A DNA stretch of 64,000 bases, taken from the IMG/VR virus record IMGVR_UViG_3300044692_000046, positions 1 to 64,000 of that record; one strand, written 5' to 3'. Within the stretch, counting starts at the first letter, position 1. Each line of letters begins with the position of its first letter. Below, piece after piece: positions 53,675 through 62,270 of this stretch. Source of the DNA: a virus. The notes beneath the pieces are model-generated. The model was not told the origin of the DNA, made no database searches, and saw nothing but the letters and a program-made list of their open reading frames with translations. A program made the translations under genes and the position numbers.

Positions 53675-55197
53675 GGGTCACCCCCGTTCAGCACTGGGAA
53701 GCCGCCGATGGAGGGCACAGGCGCATGAATCGCGTGCGGGTTGGTGGCCTGCGGATCGAGGGTGGTAGTCGACACCTCCCCGTCCTCCGGGAAGTGGAAC
53801 CGCGACTCGGTGCCCAGGTTCGTCAGCAGGTAGCGCAGCGCGTCTGGGGCGTGGTCCTCGGAGTTCGTGTCCGCGTCCTCCGGGTTACCGGTTGTCGCGT
53901 GCGGTAGCGCCGCCAGCGTCCGGATCAGATTCGAGCAGGTGCGGAACACGTGCAGCTTCGGGCACTTCTCCCAGCCCTGCGCCCGGTGATGCGGACACGC
54001 CGGCGCCTCAGCCAGGTAGGAGTGGATGCGCTGCCAGCCGATCACCCGCGACCCCGGGCCCTTACCGGCGGCAGTCAGCGGCACACCCTCGTCGGCGTAG
54101 ACCTCCGCGATGGGTTTCGCGTCGCCTCTAGTTGCCCACATGGCGTCGTCGGCGAACCGGCCCGCGATGCTCTCCCCGTCAGCCTCGGCCGCGAGGATTC
54201 GCTTCGCCTGCTCCGACTCGCCCACCTGCACGTCGTACAGCTCGCGGTACACCCAGACGCGGCCGTCCTCGTCGACAGCACCCCACAGCACCGCCCACGG
54301 CTTCGAGAAACCCCAGTCCAGGCCGTTGTAGCGGCGCCACGAGCCGGCCAGCGGGATCGGGTTGAGGGTGTGCCGGTCGTAGCGCCACTCCCCGAACACC
54401 TGACCCGCGAACTGGTCCCAGTCGCCGTCACGCATCGCCGCCCGGCGCTGCGGATCCGGGATCGAGTCCAGCCGCTTGAAGTACCCGTCGTCCAGGTGCG
54501 GATTGTCGGTGGCCTTCGCCTGGATGAACCGCACCGACAGGCCGTTGTCGTCGGTAACGACCTGCTTGCCGTGGTCGGTGGCGTCGATGTAGCGCAGCTT
54601 CACCTGCCCGTGCGACGGGCCGCCCGGGTTGCAGGTGGAGCGCACCCCGATCACCGGCACCGTGCCGTCGGAGCGGATCCGCTCGAACCGCAGAATGTCG
54701 ATCACGCCCGGCGGCATCAGCGTCGCCTCATCCACCAGCAGCAGCTGATACTGGCCGCCCTGCCGGCGAGACGCGTCCGTCACCGACTCCAGGTACCGGA
54801 ACCGGATCAGCGACCCGTTCGGGAACCGCAGCTCCCGCTCCGTGCCGTTCCAGCGCGCACCCAACGCCTCCGCGTAGCCGAACTTCCCCAACGTCGGGAA
54901 GATCGACTCGTTGAGTTCGTCGTAGGTCCGGCGCACCAGCAGCACCCGCATCTGCGGGAAGCGGGCCGCCGCCCTGATGCCCTCGGCTACGATCGCGACG
55001 CTTTTACCGCCGCCGGCCGCGCCGCCGTACAGCACGTCGAACTCGGTCGCGGCATGAAACTCGGCCTGCCGCTCCGACGGGGCGTAGCCGATCTCGGCGA
55101 ACACATCGACTGCGGCGAGGCGGTCCTGGTCCCGCCGCTGCTTCTCCAACTGCAACCTACGAAGCCGCTCCAGGCGTTCCAGCTTCAGAGCGGCCAA
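53662..55197 (-). CDS. terL: Terminase large subunit
   Basis: YGGAAGGGKS, LLVDEA, TCNPGG, DNPHL, GLDWG, DHAPDALRY; start approximate. Confidence 0.93.
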   Translation of the reverse strand: MAALKLERLERLRRLQLEKQRRDQDRLAAVDVFAEIGYAPSERQAEFHAATEFDVLYGGAAGGGKSVAIVAEGIRAAARFPQMRVLLVRRTYDELNESIFPTLGKFGYAEALGARWNGTERELRFPNGSLIRFRYLESVTDASRRQGGQYQLLLVDEATLMPPGVIDILRFERIRSDGTVPVIGVRSTCNPGGPSHGQVKLRYIDATDHGKQVVTDDNGLSVRFIQAKATDNPHLDDGYFKRLDSIPDPQRRAAMRDGDWDQFAGQVFGEWRYDRHTLNPIPLAGSWRRYNGLDWGFSKPWAVLWGAVDEDGRVWVYRELYDVQVGESEQAKRILAAEADGESIAGRFADDAMWATRGDAKPIAEVYADEGVPLTAAGKGPGSRVIGWQRIHSYLAEAPACPHHRAQGWEKCPKLHVFRTCSNLIRTLAALPHATTGNPEDADTNSEDHAPDALRYLLTNLGTESRFHFPEDGEVSTTTLDPQATNPHAIHAPVPSIGGFPVLNGGDPWAL

Positions 55198-55690
55198 GCT
55201 CTGCGGAGAGTCGGCTGATCTCGGCGTCGATCGCGTCAAGGCTCAACACCTCAACCTTCGACGGCGCGTCCAGCCCCAGCAGCTTCGCCCGCCGCTCCTG
55301 GATCTTCAGCAGCCGGTCGATGGCGTTGAGGACCGGCGCGTCGTCCTCCAGCGGCACCCCGTCGTCGCTCTTAACGACCCGGCCCTGCGACACGTGAATG
55401 TGGGTGCGTTCCAGCACCTTCAGCGCCTCGCGGGTCAGCCGGTCCAACTGGGCGAGCTGGATCTGCCGGACCTCCTCGGCCGGCTCCCGGACCGTGTCCG
55501 CCAGGGCCCGCTGCACGGCCTTGCGAGCCGCCGACCGGTTGGCGAAGTTGAGTTGGTCTGCGATGTGCTGGTAGCTTGCCCCGCAGGCCCGAAGCTGTGC
55601 TGCCTCAGCATCCCGCCGCGCCGTATCGGCTGTTCGGGTGTACCGGCCGTTGTGTCCTCGGCCTGGGGTGTCCTTGGTTGTGGTGGCCAT
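55157..55690 (-). CDS. terS: Terminase small subunit
   Basis: LRACGASYQHIADQL HTH; AIDRLLKIQERRAKLLGLDAP. Confidence 0.85.
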   Translation of the reverse strand: MATTTKDTPGRGHNGRYTRTADTARRDAEAAQLRACGASYQHIADQLNFANRSAARKAVQRALADTVREPAEEVRQIQLAQLDRLTREALKVLERTHIHVSQGRVVKSDDGVPLEDDAPVLNAIDRLLKIQERRAKLLGLDAPSKVEVLSLDAIDAEISRLSAELGRSEAGTPGAAS

Positions 55691-55864
55691 CCGACACCAC
55701 CGATTCTCACTCTGCGTCGATCTTTTCGGGATCGGGGTGGTCTCAGCCCGGGAATCCGGAGCACTCGGCGCTACGGTCGGTGATCTGCGGCGCCGTTCGG
55801 ATGTCCGCTGCCTCAGCCGTTCGCCCCATGTCGTACCGAACCGGGCAGGTCGTACGGTGCGGCC

Positions 55865-56257
55865 ATGCTTCCTCGCCGTGCCGCGCTAGCGGCTGCCTCA
55901 GCCCTGCTCATCCTGCCCGCAGCGTGTAGCTCCGTATCCCAGGGCTACAAGCAGGGCTCGTCCACCAAGAAGTCCACTGGCGGGACGGTGCTCACGTTGC
56001 AGGCGTCCGCCGACAAGGGCGTCACCTTCGACGTGAACTGGTTCCCCGGGAGCGGGAAGGCGCAGGTCAAGAACTCGCTGACCGGCTCGTGGTCAACCAG
56101 CGTCACCACCGACAAGCCGGCGGCCGTCAACATGGGGGTGCAGGCCGAGTCCGGCAGCGGGAACGTCACCTGCAAGATCCTGAAAGGGTCGAAGGTGATG
56201 GTCGAGCAGACGAAGCCCGGTTCCGATGGGGCGAACTGCGCCTACCCGGCCAGCTAG
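55865..56257 (+). CDS. Lipoprotein (MmpS-like C-terminus), antisense moron
   Basis: Signal peptide with lipobox LPAAC; VTCKI...NC Cys pair; TACGGT -10 before ATG. Confidence 0.75.
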   Translation: MLPRRAALAAASALLILPAACSSVSQGYKQGSSTKKSTGGTVLTLQASADKGVTFDVNWFPGSGKAQVKNSLTGSWSTSVTTDKPAAVNMGVQAESGSGNVTCKILKGSKVMVEQTKPGSDGANCAYPAS

Positions 56258-56316
56258 CCGCAGGTCAGCCGCCCGGCTGATAGATGGGCGTTGATCTGTC
56301 GGAGCACACTGGGAGC

Positions 56317-56448
56317 GTGAATCCGTGGATGCAGCTCGCCCTCGTGGTGGTCGCGTTCGTCGTCATCGGGGGCATGTGCTTCGGGGCGGGGATGGCTACT
56401 GCCGAGGCGCTCGCTCAGCGTGCCGGCCGTCGGCAGTCTCGCCCGTAA
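56317..56448 (+). CDS. Small single-TM protein
   Basis: MNPWMQLALVVVAFVVIGGMCFGAG; CACACT -10 6 nt upstream. Confidence 0.4.
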   Translation: MNPWMQLALVVVAFVVIGGMCFGAGMATAEALAQRAGRRQSRP

Positions 56449-56632
56449 CCTCCACGTGCAGTGCCTCGACCTTGCCGTGCAGGTCGTCGACGTGCCCGTA
56501 CAGCCGCTCCAGCTTCTTGCCGATGCGCCAGTGGTGCACCAGGATGCCGGCGCCGAACGCCAGCGCCGAGGCTTCGAGGTTGGGGTAGACGGCCAGCCAG
56601 TTCGTCCACGCCCAGTGCAGGAGGCCGTTCAT
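56396..56632 (-). CDS. Small membrane protein
   Basis: TM plus short coiled coil; ATGA overlap. Confidence 0.55.
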   Translation of the reverse strand: MNGLLHWAWTNWLAVYPNLEASALAFGAGILVHHWRIGKKLERLYGHVDDLHGKVEALHVEVTGETADGRHAERAPRQ

Positions 56633-56736
56633 TGCTGGCCCTTCCTCGCGCCAGCCGCAGCGCCGATCAGTGTCTTCATCGCCTCAGCGCCGCGCTGTGC
56701 GGCCTCCGCGATCAGGTGCCAGTCGTTCTCGGTCAC
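56629..56736 (-). CDS. Small hypothetical protein
   Basis: 4-bp overlaps both sides. Confidence 0.4.
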   Translation of the reverse strand: MTENDWHLIAEAAQRGAEAMKTLIGAAAGARKGQQ

Positions 56737-56972
56737 GCCGGCGCCCCCTGTCCGTTGTCGCCCGGCATGACGTGTCGGGCGAACTCTGCCGCGTCGATGT
56801 GGAGTTCGACCGGCAGGTCCGGGACCATCCGCAGTTCGGTGCCGCCGTCGGTGACGCGGGTGTAGCGCCTCGTCGGGATGCCGTAGTGCTGCATCCACAT
56901 CCAGGCGGGCATCGAGGTTGAGGAGGCCAGCCGCAGCAGGATCTGCCACAGGAGCGCGCGCGGGTGCTGCAT
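56733..56972 (-). CDS. Hypothetical protein
   Basis: GGAGG RBS. Confidence 0.55.
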   Translation of the reverse strand: MQHPRALLWQILLRLASSTSMPAWMWMQHYGIPTRRYTRVTDGGTELRMVPDLPVELHIDAAEFARHVMPGDNGQGAPA

Positions 56973-56981
56973 GGCAGCCTC

Positions 56982-57173
56982 CTAGCTCAGGGCGCTGAGG
57001 ATGCCGTCGTACGGCTCGGTCAGCTCCGGGCAGATGTGCTCAGTGACCGAGCCTGTGTCTACCTGCACGAACACCCGGCCGGACCGGTCCGAGGTGGGCG
57101 TTGCGGTCACGGTGAGCGGCTCACCGCAGACCGGGCAGGTCGTGTTGTATTCGAAGGTGCCTGCGCTCGCCAT
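56982..57173 (-). CDS. Zinc-ribbon protein
   Basis: CPVC...HIC; GGAGG RBS. Confidence 0.6.
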   Translation of the reverse strand: MASAGTFEYNTTCPVCGEPLTVTATPTSDRSGRVFVQVDTGSVTEHICPELTEPYDGILSALS

Positions 57174-57183
57174 GAGGGCCTCC

Positions 57184-57540
57184 TCAGTCCCAGGGCAGCT
57201 TGCCGGTGCGCTCCTTGTGCGCCCCGATCGCCGCGAGCAGGTCCGTGATGAGTTCCTGCCGCTCGGCGCGCTTCGCCTCGGCCGCGGCCTGCTGCTCGGC
57301 CTCGGCCTGGAGCCGGGCCGTCTCGACCTGCTGGCGGATCTCCTCGTCCAACTCCGGGGTGCACCCGGTCCACTGCGTCAGCGTCCCGTCCGCGTTCCGG
57401 CCGACGTGCGGCACCCGGTTGCCTTCCTCGTCCGGGTGCTCAGGTCGGATGCACACGGCGCCGCCGGAGTGGTGCTCGCAGGAGTGCCCGCACACCTCCG
57501 CCTGCCCGGCCTCGGCCAGCGCCACCTCATCAGCGATCAC
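57184..57540 (-). CDS. Hypothetical Cys/His protein with coiled coil
   Basis: CGH..C...C...H...H. Confidence 0.55.
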   Translation of the reverse strand: MIADEVALAEAGQAEVCGHSCEHHSGGAVCIRPEHPDEEGNRVPHVGRNADGTLTQWTGCTPELDEEIRQQVETARLQAEAEQQAAAEAKRAERQELITDLLAAIGAHKERTGKLPWD

Positions 57541-57563
57541 GTCGTGAAAGGTTCGCTGCCGCC

Positions 57564-57740
57564 TCAGTCCGACCGGGGCTTGTACCGGATCGGGGTGTTG
57601 ATGCTCCGCGGCATCGGCCCGTGTCGCTGGCGGGCGAGCTGTCGGCGCTGCTGCCGGTTCAGGTCCCGGTACCGGATGTCCCACTCCTGGCGCGGGGACT
57701 CCTGGTTCAGGTCCGTTCGGGTGCACTTGCGCTCCTCCAC
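57564..57740 (-). CDS. Small basic protein
   Basis: LNRQQRR motif; packed after peptidase. Confidence 0.4.
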   Translation of the reverse strand: MEERKCTRTDLNQESPRQEWDIRYRDLNRQQRRQLARQRHGPMPRSINTPIRYKPRSD

Positions 57741-57743
57741 AAC

Positions 57744-58511
57744 TCAGTCCAGCGCGTCCAGGTCGGCCAGCAGTTGCCGGAGGTCGAGGCCCTGGGGGTC
57801 GTGGCCGGTCTTGTCGAGGAAGTCCGAGGTCACTACCGCGTAGCACTCTTCGAAGTAGGTGTCGAGGAACCGGCCAGTCATGGCTTGGAGAGCGCCCCAC
57901 GTCACCGTGTAGTAGTTCGCCGGGTCGTAGCCGAGGATCGGCACCGCGTGCGCGCCGATGATCGGGGAACCGTCCACCACGTGCCAGTGGTCGCCGACCG
58001 CGAACTGATCCTCAGCGGACTGCGGTACGTTGAAGCCCGCGTACACGCCGCCGAACGTGGCGATGGCCTGCTTGAGTTGCCGGTGGTTGTGCGGGTCGAT
58101 CCGCAGGAACGCCACGATCTTGTGTCCGGCGATGCCGTGCCGTCGCCAGTACTTGAGTACGTCGAGCTCGTTCGCGCCGCGGTCGGTCGGGTTGGTGCCG
58201 TCCGGGCGGGTCTGCGACGGGTCGTAGCCGGTGATCGCCTCGTAGGTACGCTGCACGTCCTCGTCGGTGACCGAGACCTCGCGGCCGAGAGCGTACTGCG
58301 TCCACGCCTCGATCATGTGGGCCAGCGCCGCGATCGTGCAGTCCCCGATCCGATCGTTCAGAAAAACGGGCCATTCGGTCACATCGCCGTACCAGTTCGC
58401 CCGCAGCGGCGGAGCGACCAGCCGCGCCTTCTGATAGGTGGCGTAGTTCAGGGTCCGCTCGTCATGCCGGACGGGGAGCCGGCCGTAGCAGTGCTGGACG
58501 TGACGGGACAC
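57744..58511 (-). CDS. Papain-like cysteine peptidase
   Basis: NDRIGDCTIA (Cys), GAHAVPILGYD (His), VTWG. Confidence 0.75.
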   Translation of the reverse strand: MSRHVQHCYGRLPVRHDERTLNYATYQKARLVAPPLRANWYGDVTEWPVFLNDRIGDCTIAALAHMIEAWTQYALGREVSVTDEDVQRTYEAITGYDPSQTRPDGTNPTDRGANELDVLKYWRRHGIAGHKIVAFLRIDPHNHRQLKQAIATFGGVYAGFNVPQSAEDQFAVGDHWHVVDGSPIIGAHAVPILGYDPANYYTVTWGALQAMTGRFLDTYFEECYAVVTSDFLDKTGHDPQGLDLRQLLADLDALD

Positions 58512-58551
58512 GGAGGCTCCTCGATGGCGTTGTCAGGGATGTTTGTGCAGG

Positions 58552-58761
58552 TCAGCCGTTCTCGTCGGTGGCGAGAACCTGCTGGACGTAGGCGTCGAAG
58601 AACTCGCGGGTCACGGGGTGGCCGCACGGTTCGAGCCAGTACGTCATCGGCTGCGGCTCGTCGCGCTCGTACTGCCGGCCGCCCTGGGAGTGCAGCGTGG
58701 ACGCTTCGCCGCCGCAGTCGGGGCAGGTCAGCGGCGTCAGGTAGGGCAGAGTGAGGCTCAC
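58552..58761 (-). CDS. Zinc-ribbon protein
   Basis: CPDC...PCGH. Confidence 0.55.
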   Translation of the reverse strand: MSLTLPYLTPLTCPDCGGEASTLHSQGGRQYERDEPQPMTYWLEPCGHPVTREFFDAYVQQVLATDENG

Positions 58762-59264
58762 GTCAGCGGCCCCGTCCACACCTCGACGCCGGGCCGGCTG
58801 GCGAGGTCGGCTGGGGTCACCTCGTCGGCGTTCGCCCGGCCGCACATCCAGTCCAGCCCCGCCGCCGCACCAGCCACGGCACAGAGCTGACTACAGATGG
58901 TCACGTGCTCCTTGCCGAGGAGCTTGAACAGCCACCGCCAGTGCCAGCCCAGCGCGTTCAGGCCCAGCGCCCCGAGGTCGAGGTACGAGTACGGCTCGTT
59001 GACGGCCTTCACGGCGGTGTCGACCACCGTGCGGCGCTGCTGGTCGGTCATAATCTCGCCCGTGTTGAACGCGAGCGGCTTGCCGGCGTACTCCGACAGC
59101 CACTCGACCCGCACGCCGCGGGCTGCGGCCTCCACCACCTGGCCGTTGTCCCCGACGATGAACGCGTGGTCGTAGGGGCTGTGGGTGGCCTTGCGGATCA
59201 GCCACGACAGCAGGCCGCCGGAGTTGACGACGCCGTATCGGCCGGGCTGTATGGCACTGGGCAT
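58758..59264 (-). CDS. Permuted papain-like NlpC/P60 (YiiX/YebB-like) enzyme
   Basis: SPYDHAFI (His), VVEA, PY, ICSQL (Cys), TPADL. Confidence 0.8.
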   Translation of the reverse strand: MPSAIQPGRYGVVNSGGLLSWLIRKATHSPYDHAFIVGDNGQVVEAAARGVRVEWLSEYAGKPLAFNTGEIMTDQQRRTVVDTAVKAVNEPYSYLDLGALGLNALGWHWRWLFKLLGKEHVTICSQLCAVAGAAAGLDWMCGRANADEVTPADLASRPGVEVWTGPLT

Positions 59265-59422
59265 GCGGGCGCACCCCTCCCAGGTGAAGGGTCCTTCGGA
59301 GTGGAGGAACGTGCGGCGAACGTCAGGCAGCGGTCCGTTCACGGCCGCCTCCGGGGGTACGCCGGCCGGGCGCAGCGTGAGGGGAGAGGAAGGTGCTGCG
59401 CCCGGACCGACGCGGGTAGACG

Positions 59423-59514
59423 GCTGGCCACCGGGCAGGCACCCGTAGGTGCGGCGACAACCCGATAGAGGGGTCAGGCTCACGGTCGTCTCCACCGTGG
59501 ACGCAGTGGCCAGC
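59423..59514 (-). ncRNA. Candidate structured RNA (four-way junction) in late leader
   Basis: Closing stem GCTGGCCAC/GTGGCCAGC with three internal hairpins, one with a cUACGg tetraloop. Confidence 0.35.
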
Positions 59515-59533
59515 ACGAGGTGGAGGGGTGGGC

Positions 59534-59580
59534 ACGAAGAAGCCCGCCGCGGCCGTGTGGGTGGCGTGTGCGACGGGCTC
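59534..59580 (-). terminator. Terminator-like hairpin just downstream of late promoter
   Basis: AGCCCGTCGC...GCGGCGGGCT followed by TCTT. Confidence 0.5.
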
Positions 59581-59611
59581 TCAGAACAGACTATGAAGCA
59601 GCCTTATGCGA

Positions 59612-59881
59612 TCACGTTAAGGTGCTGGTCAGAGCGTTGTCAACTCGCCGCGTCTCGCGTGTCGCCGCGCGGCGGTCGCGCTCGCACATCAAGATCTCCG
59701 CTTCGATCACGTACGTCCCGGTTCGATTCGTCCACGAGCGGACCCCGTGGACCCTGATCCACTGACGGATCGTTGCGGGCTTCCGGCCGGTACGCTCGGC
59801 CACCTGCTCCAGGGACATCAGGGTGCACCCAGGGCAGGAGTTCGGCCGGCGACAGGAGCAGGTGCGGTCCATTGCCGGCAC
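59612..59881 (-). CDS. HTH DNA-binding protein (possible late regulator)
   Basis: MSLEQVAERTGRKPATIRQW; last early gene. Confidence 0.7.
   Translation of the reverse strand: MPAMDRTCSCRRPNSCPGCTLMSLEQVAERTGRKPATIRQWIRVHGVRSWTNRTGTYVIEAEILMCERDRRAATRETRRVDNALTSTLT
59614..59643 (-). promoter_or_regulatory. Putative late promoter TTGACA-18-TAACGT
   Basis: Consensus hexamers in the last codons of the HTH gene, ahead of the non-coding late leader. Confidence 0.6.
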
Positions 59882-60208
59882 CTACCTGTTCCTCGGCAGT
59901 GCGCCGGGCGGCTGCGCCTGACCCGCTACGAGCCGGCCGCACGTTGGGACGACTCCGTCCGCCATCCGCGTCGACAGGATGTGGGTGCCCGGCCCGAACA
60001 TCTGCCTGATCTGATCCCGCTCCGATCGCGGCGGGCAGGCGTGCGAGCGGCTCAGGACGTGTACCTCGTCCAGGTCGGCCACGTAGTAGTTCCTGCCGCA
60101 CACGTCGTGGGTGAGCTTCACGAACGGCGGGCTGTCCTCGATGCTGGCCAGAGACCAGCCGGAGAGGCGCCGGCGGCCGGTCAGCCACGCCCACAATCTG
60201 CGCATCAC
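59882..60208 (-). CDS. Hypothetical protein
   Basis: GTGA overlap. Confidence 0.5.
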   Translation of the reverse strand: MMRRLWAWLTGRRRLSGWSLASIEDSPPFVKLTHDVCGRNYYVADLDEVHVLSRSHACPPRSERDQIRQMFGPGTHILSTRMADGVVPTCGRLVAGQAQPPGALPRNR

Positions 60209-60798
60209 GCGATCGCCTCGAACCTGTCGAGCCTTACCGGAGTACCGCAGTTGGAGCACGGGATCGGCGGGGTAGCGAACCACACCCGCCAGAACGGCAG
60301 GCTGGCCTGCTGCACGATGTGCTTGTGCTCGTCGCACAGCAGCATCGGCGCCCACAGTGGTCCCTCACCTTGAGGGCGTCCCGTAGTCCACGGGGTCGCC
60401 TCCTCGGGGAACTCGATGGTCTTGTCGATCAGCGCGCCGACAGGCTCGTCCGGCGGCTCCTCGAACTGCTCGGGCCGGTAGTACACGCTCAGTTCCAGCC
60501 GCCCGTCCGCTACCAGGCCGTCCGTGCCGTCCTGCTTGTGGAACACCTCGCCGCCGATGCGGATCTCGGGGTGCTGCTCCCAGCCGAAACCCATCGCCTC
60601 GAACGCGAGGATCACCGTCTGCGCCGAGTCGAACATCGCCGCCCGCACCTCCGCTGGTGTTGTCGGGTTGCCGCGCGGCTTGAGCTGGAAGACGAACTCG
60701 CAGGTGGTCGGGTATCCGCGCAGGCTGACCTTGTGGGTCACGTTCCAGCCCGCGATCTCGTCCGCAACGATGGCGATGATCTCGTCAGGGAAGCTCAC
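60205..60798 (-). CDS. Hypothetical protein with C-terminal Cys motifs
   Basis: GAGG RBS; LCDEH...CSNC. Confidence 0.6.
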   Translation of the reverse strand: MSFPDEIIAIVADEIAGWNVTHKVSLRGYPTTCEFVFQLKPRGNPTTPAEVRAAMFDSAQTVILAFEAMGFGWEQHPEIRIGGEVFHKQDGTDGLVADGRLELSVYYRPEQFEEPPDEPVGALIDKTIEFPEEATPWTTGRPQGEGPLWAPMLLCDEHKHIVQQASLPFWRVWFATPPIPCSNCGTPVRLDRFEAIA

Positions 60799-61192
60799 AG
60801 CGCCATTCCTCTCGGTACCCGGGGTGGTTGGAGTACGCCTCGGCACGCACCTTGATCACGTCTTCCAGCGCAGCGATCCGCGCGTACTCGCCGCCATTCC
60901 AGAGCGTCCGCTCTCCGACTTCCAGCGAGGCCCTGTAGAGGTCGAGGAGCTTCCGGTCGGCGGCCACCTGCGCCAGCACGGAGGCCGGGTCGTTCGCGGC
61001 GATGTGCGCGGCCTGCTCGTCGGTCGGGTGGCATTCGTCGTGCGCCACGTCGGTGCCGTCGGCGTCGATGATGCGGTTGCCGTCGTGGCCACCGGTGTGC
61101 CAGCGGCCCTCCGGGGTGTCGCCGCCGACGTCCTGCGCCAGCCGCTCCCGCTCGTCCAGCACGCCGCGCCACCACGTCACCAGGTCATCCAT
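60785..61192 (-). CDS. DUF6221-like actinophage protein
   Basis: AAHIAANDPASVLAQVAADRKLL...YSNHPGYREEW. Confidence 0.75.
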   Translation of the reverse strand: MDDLVTWWRGVLDERERLAQDVGGDTPEGRWHTGGHDGNRIIDADGTDVAHDECHPTDEQAAHIAANDPASVLAQVAADRKLLDLYRASLEVGERTLWNGGEYARIAALEDVIKVRAEAYSNHPGYREEWRCELP

Positions 61193-61824
61193 CACGGCGA
61201 CACCATTGTCGAATGCGTCCACCGGTACACCCAGAACGTCACGTCGTCCTCCAGTTCCGCTCGCTCGTACGAGTAGTACGACATCACTTCGCCGTCACGA
61301 GGGTCTTTCGTGATTCGGGCATATTGGTGCCCCGGAGACGGGCTGATCGTGCCGGTGTCTGCGTACGACTCGGGCGTCTCTCCATGGTGGGGACCGCCGT
61401 CGAGACGCATCACAATCCGGCGAACCGCCGAGCAGTCCACGTGCGTAGACGCATGGTTCCGGTAGGCGTCCCACGCCTCCTGGTCGGTGTCCTGGGCTTC
61501 GCCTTGCCAGGGCTCGTCGTGGAACGCTGGGGCGTCACACCGCCACATCCACCGACCAGCCTTTTGGTAGACGCCGATGCCGACAGGGCCGACGACGTGC
61601 TTCTTCTTCTCGATGGCAACCGTCAGCCGGTCCCGCAGCAGTACCGCCGCGTCCGGCCTGAGCCTCACCTCGAACACGTCGCCGCCGTGACCATCGGAGT
61701 AGCCGCACAGCCGGATCTCGTCCGTCCAGGACGCCGCCGTTGCCACGTCGAGGATCGTGTCGTTGGGCTGATCGTGCTCCGCGAGCACCTCGCGGCCGTC
61801 GTGGATGCTGCCCCAGATGCTCAC
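61192..61824 (-). CDS. Hypothetical protein
   Basis: MSIWGS...DVATA; overlaps both neighbours. Confidence 0.65.
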   Translation of the reverse strand: MSIWGSIHDGREVLAEHDQPNDTILDVATAASWTDEIRLCGYSDGHGGDVFEVRLRPDAAVLLRDRLTVAIEKKKHVVGPVGIGVYQKAGRWMWRCDAPAFHDEPWQGEAQDTDQEAWDAYRNHASTHVDCSAVRRIVMRLDGGPHHGETPESYADTGTISPSPGHQYARITKDPRDGEVMSYYSYERAELEDDVTFWVYRWTHSTMVSP

Positions 61825-62270
61825 CGCTTCCCGCCTTCCAGTCGGTCCATCTCGATCCAGGAGTCGTCGGCCGGGGCGGGCTGCGGCTTCCAGGACGGAT
61901 CGGCGGTACGTCCCGGCTGCTCGGTGTGCCCGCGCGACGGATCGTGCATGAAGGCTGCCAGCACGTCGGGCGGGATGGGCGGCATCGGCCGGCGCATGGA
62001 CTCCTCGATCAGCCGCTGCCGTTCCGCGATCCGCGCCATCGCCGCCTCCTCATCCGGGGAGCCGTACATCGCCACCGTCAGCACGTACCGGCGGTCCTCG
62101 TCCGGCACGCCCCGATCCTGCATCGCCATGTCCGCGAGGCTCAGCGTGCGACGCAGCCAGCCGACATGCGCGTTGTACGTCGGGTCCTTGAGGAACGCTT
62201 CGTCGGCTCGGGACATGCGGTCCAGGTAGTTGCCGATCAACTCGTCCACGAGGTCGCTCTCGCCTCTCAC
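61821..62270 (-). CDS. Hypothetical protein
   Basis: GTGA overlap, AGGAGG RBS. Confidence 0.6.
   Translation of the reverse strand: MRGESDLVDELIGNYLDRMSRADEAFLKDPTYNAHVGWLRRTLSLADMAMQDRGVPDEDRRYVLTVAMYGSPDEEAAMARIAERQRLIEESMRRPMPPIPPDVLAAFMHDPSRGHTEQPGRTADPSWKPQPAPADDSWIEMDRLEGGKR

Noticed and set aside
32065-55218. Long plus-strand ORFs (795, 1030, 456, 547, 422 aa and others)
   Set aside because: Antisense shadows of GC3-rich structural genes; no RBS or motifs
59423-59514. Amber-suppressor tRNA (CUA in a 7-nt loop)
   Set aside because: No TTCRA T-loop, no purine at position 37, atypical arms and no CCA; kept only as a structured RNA candidate. TAG is used as a normal stop in the window
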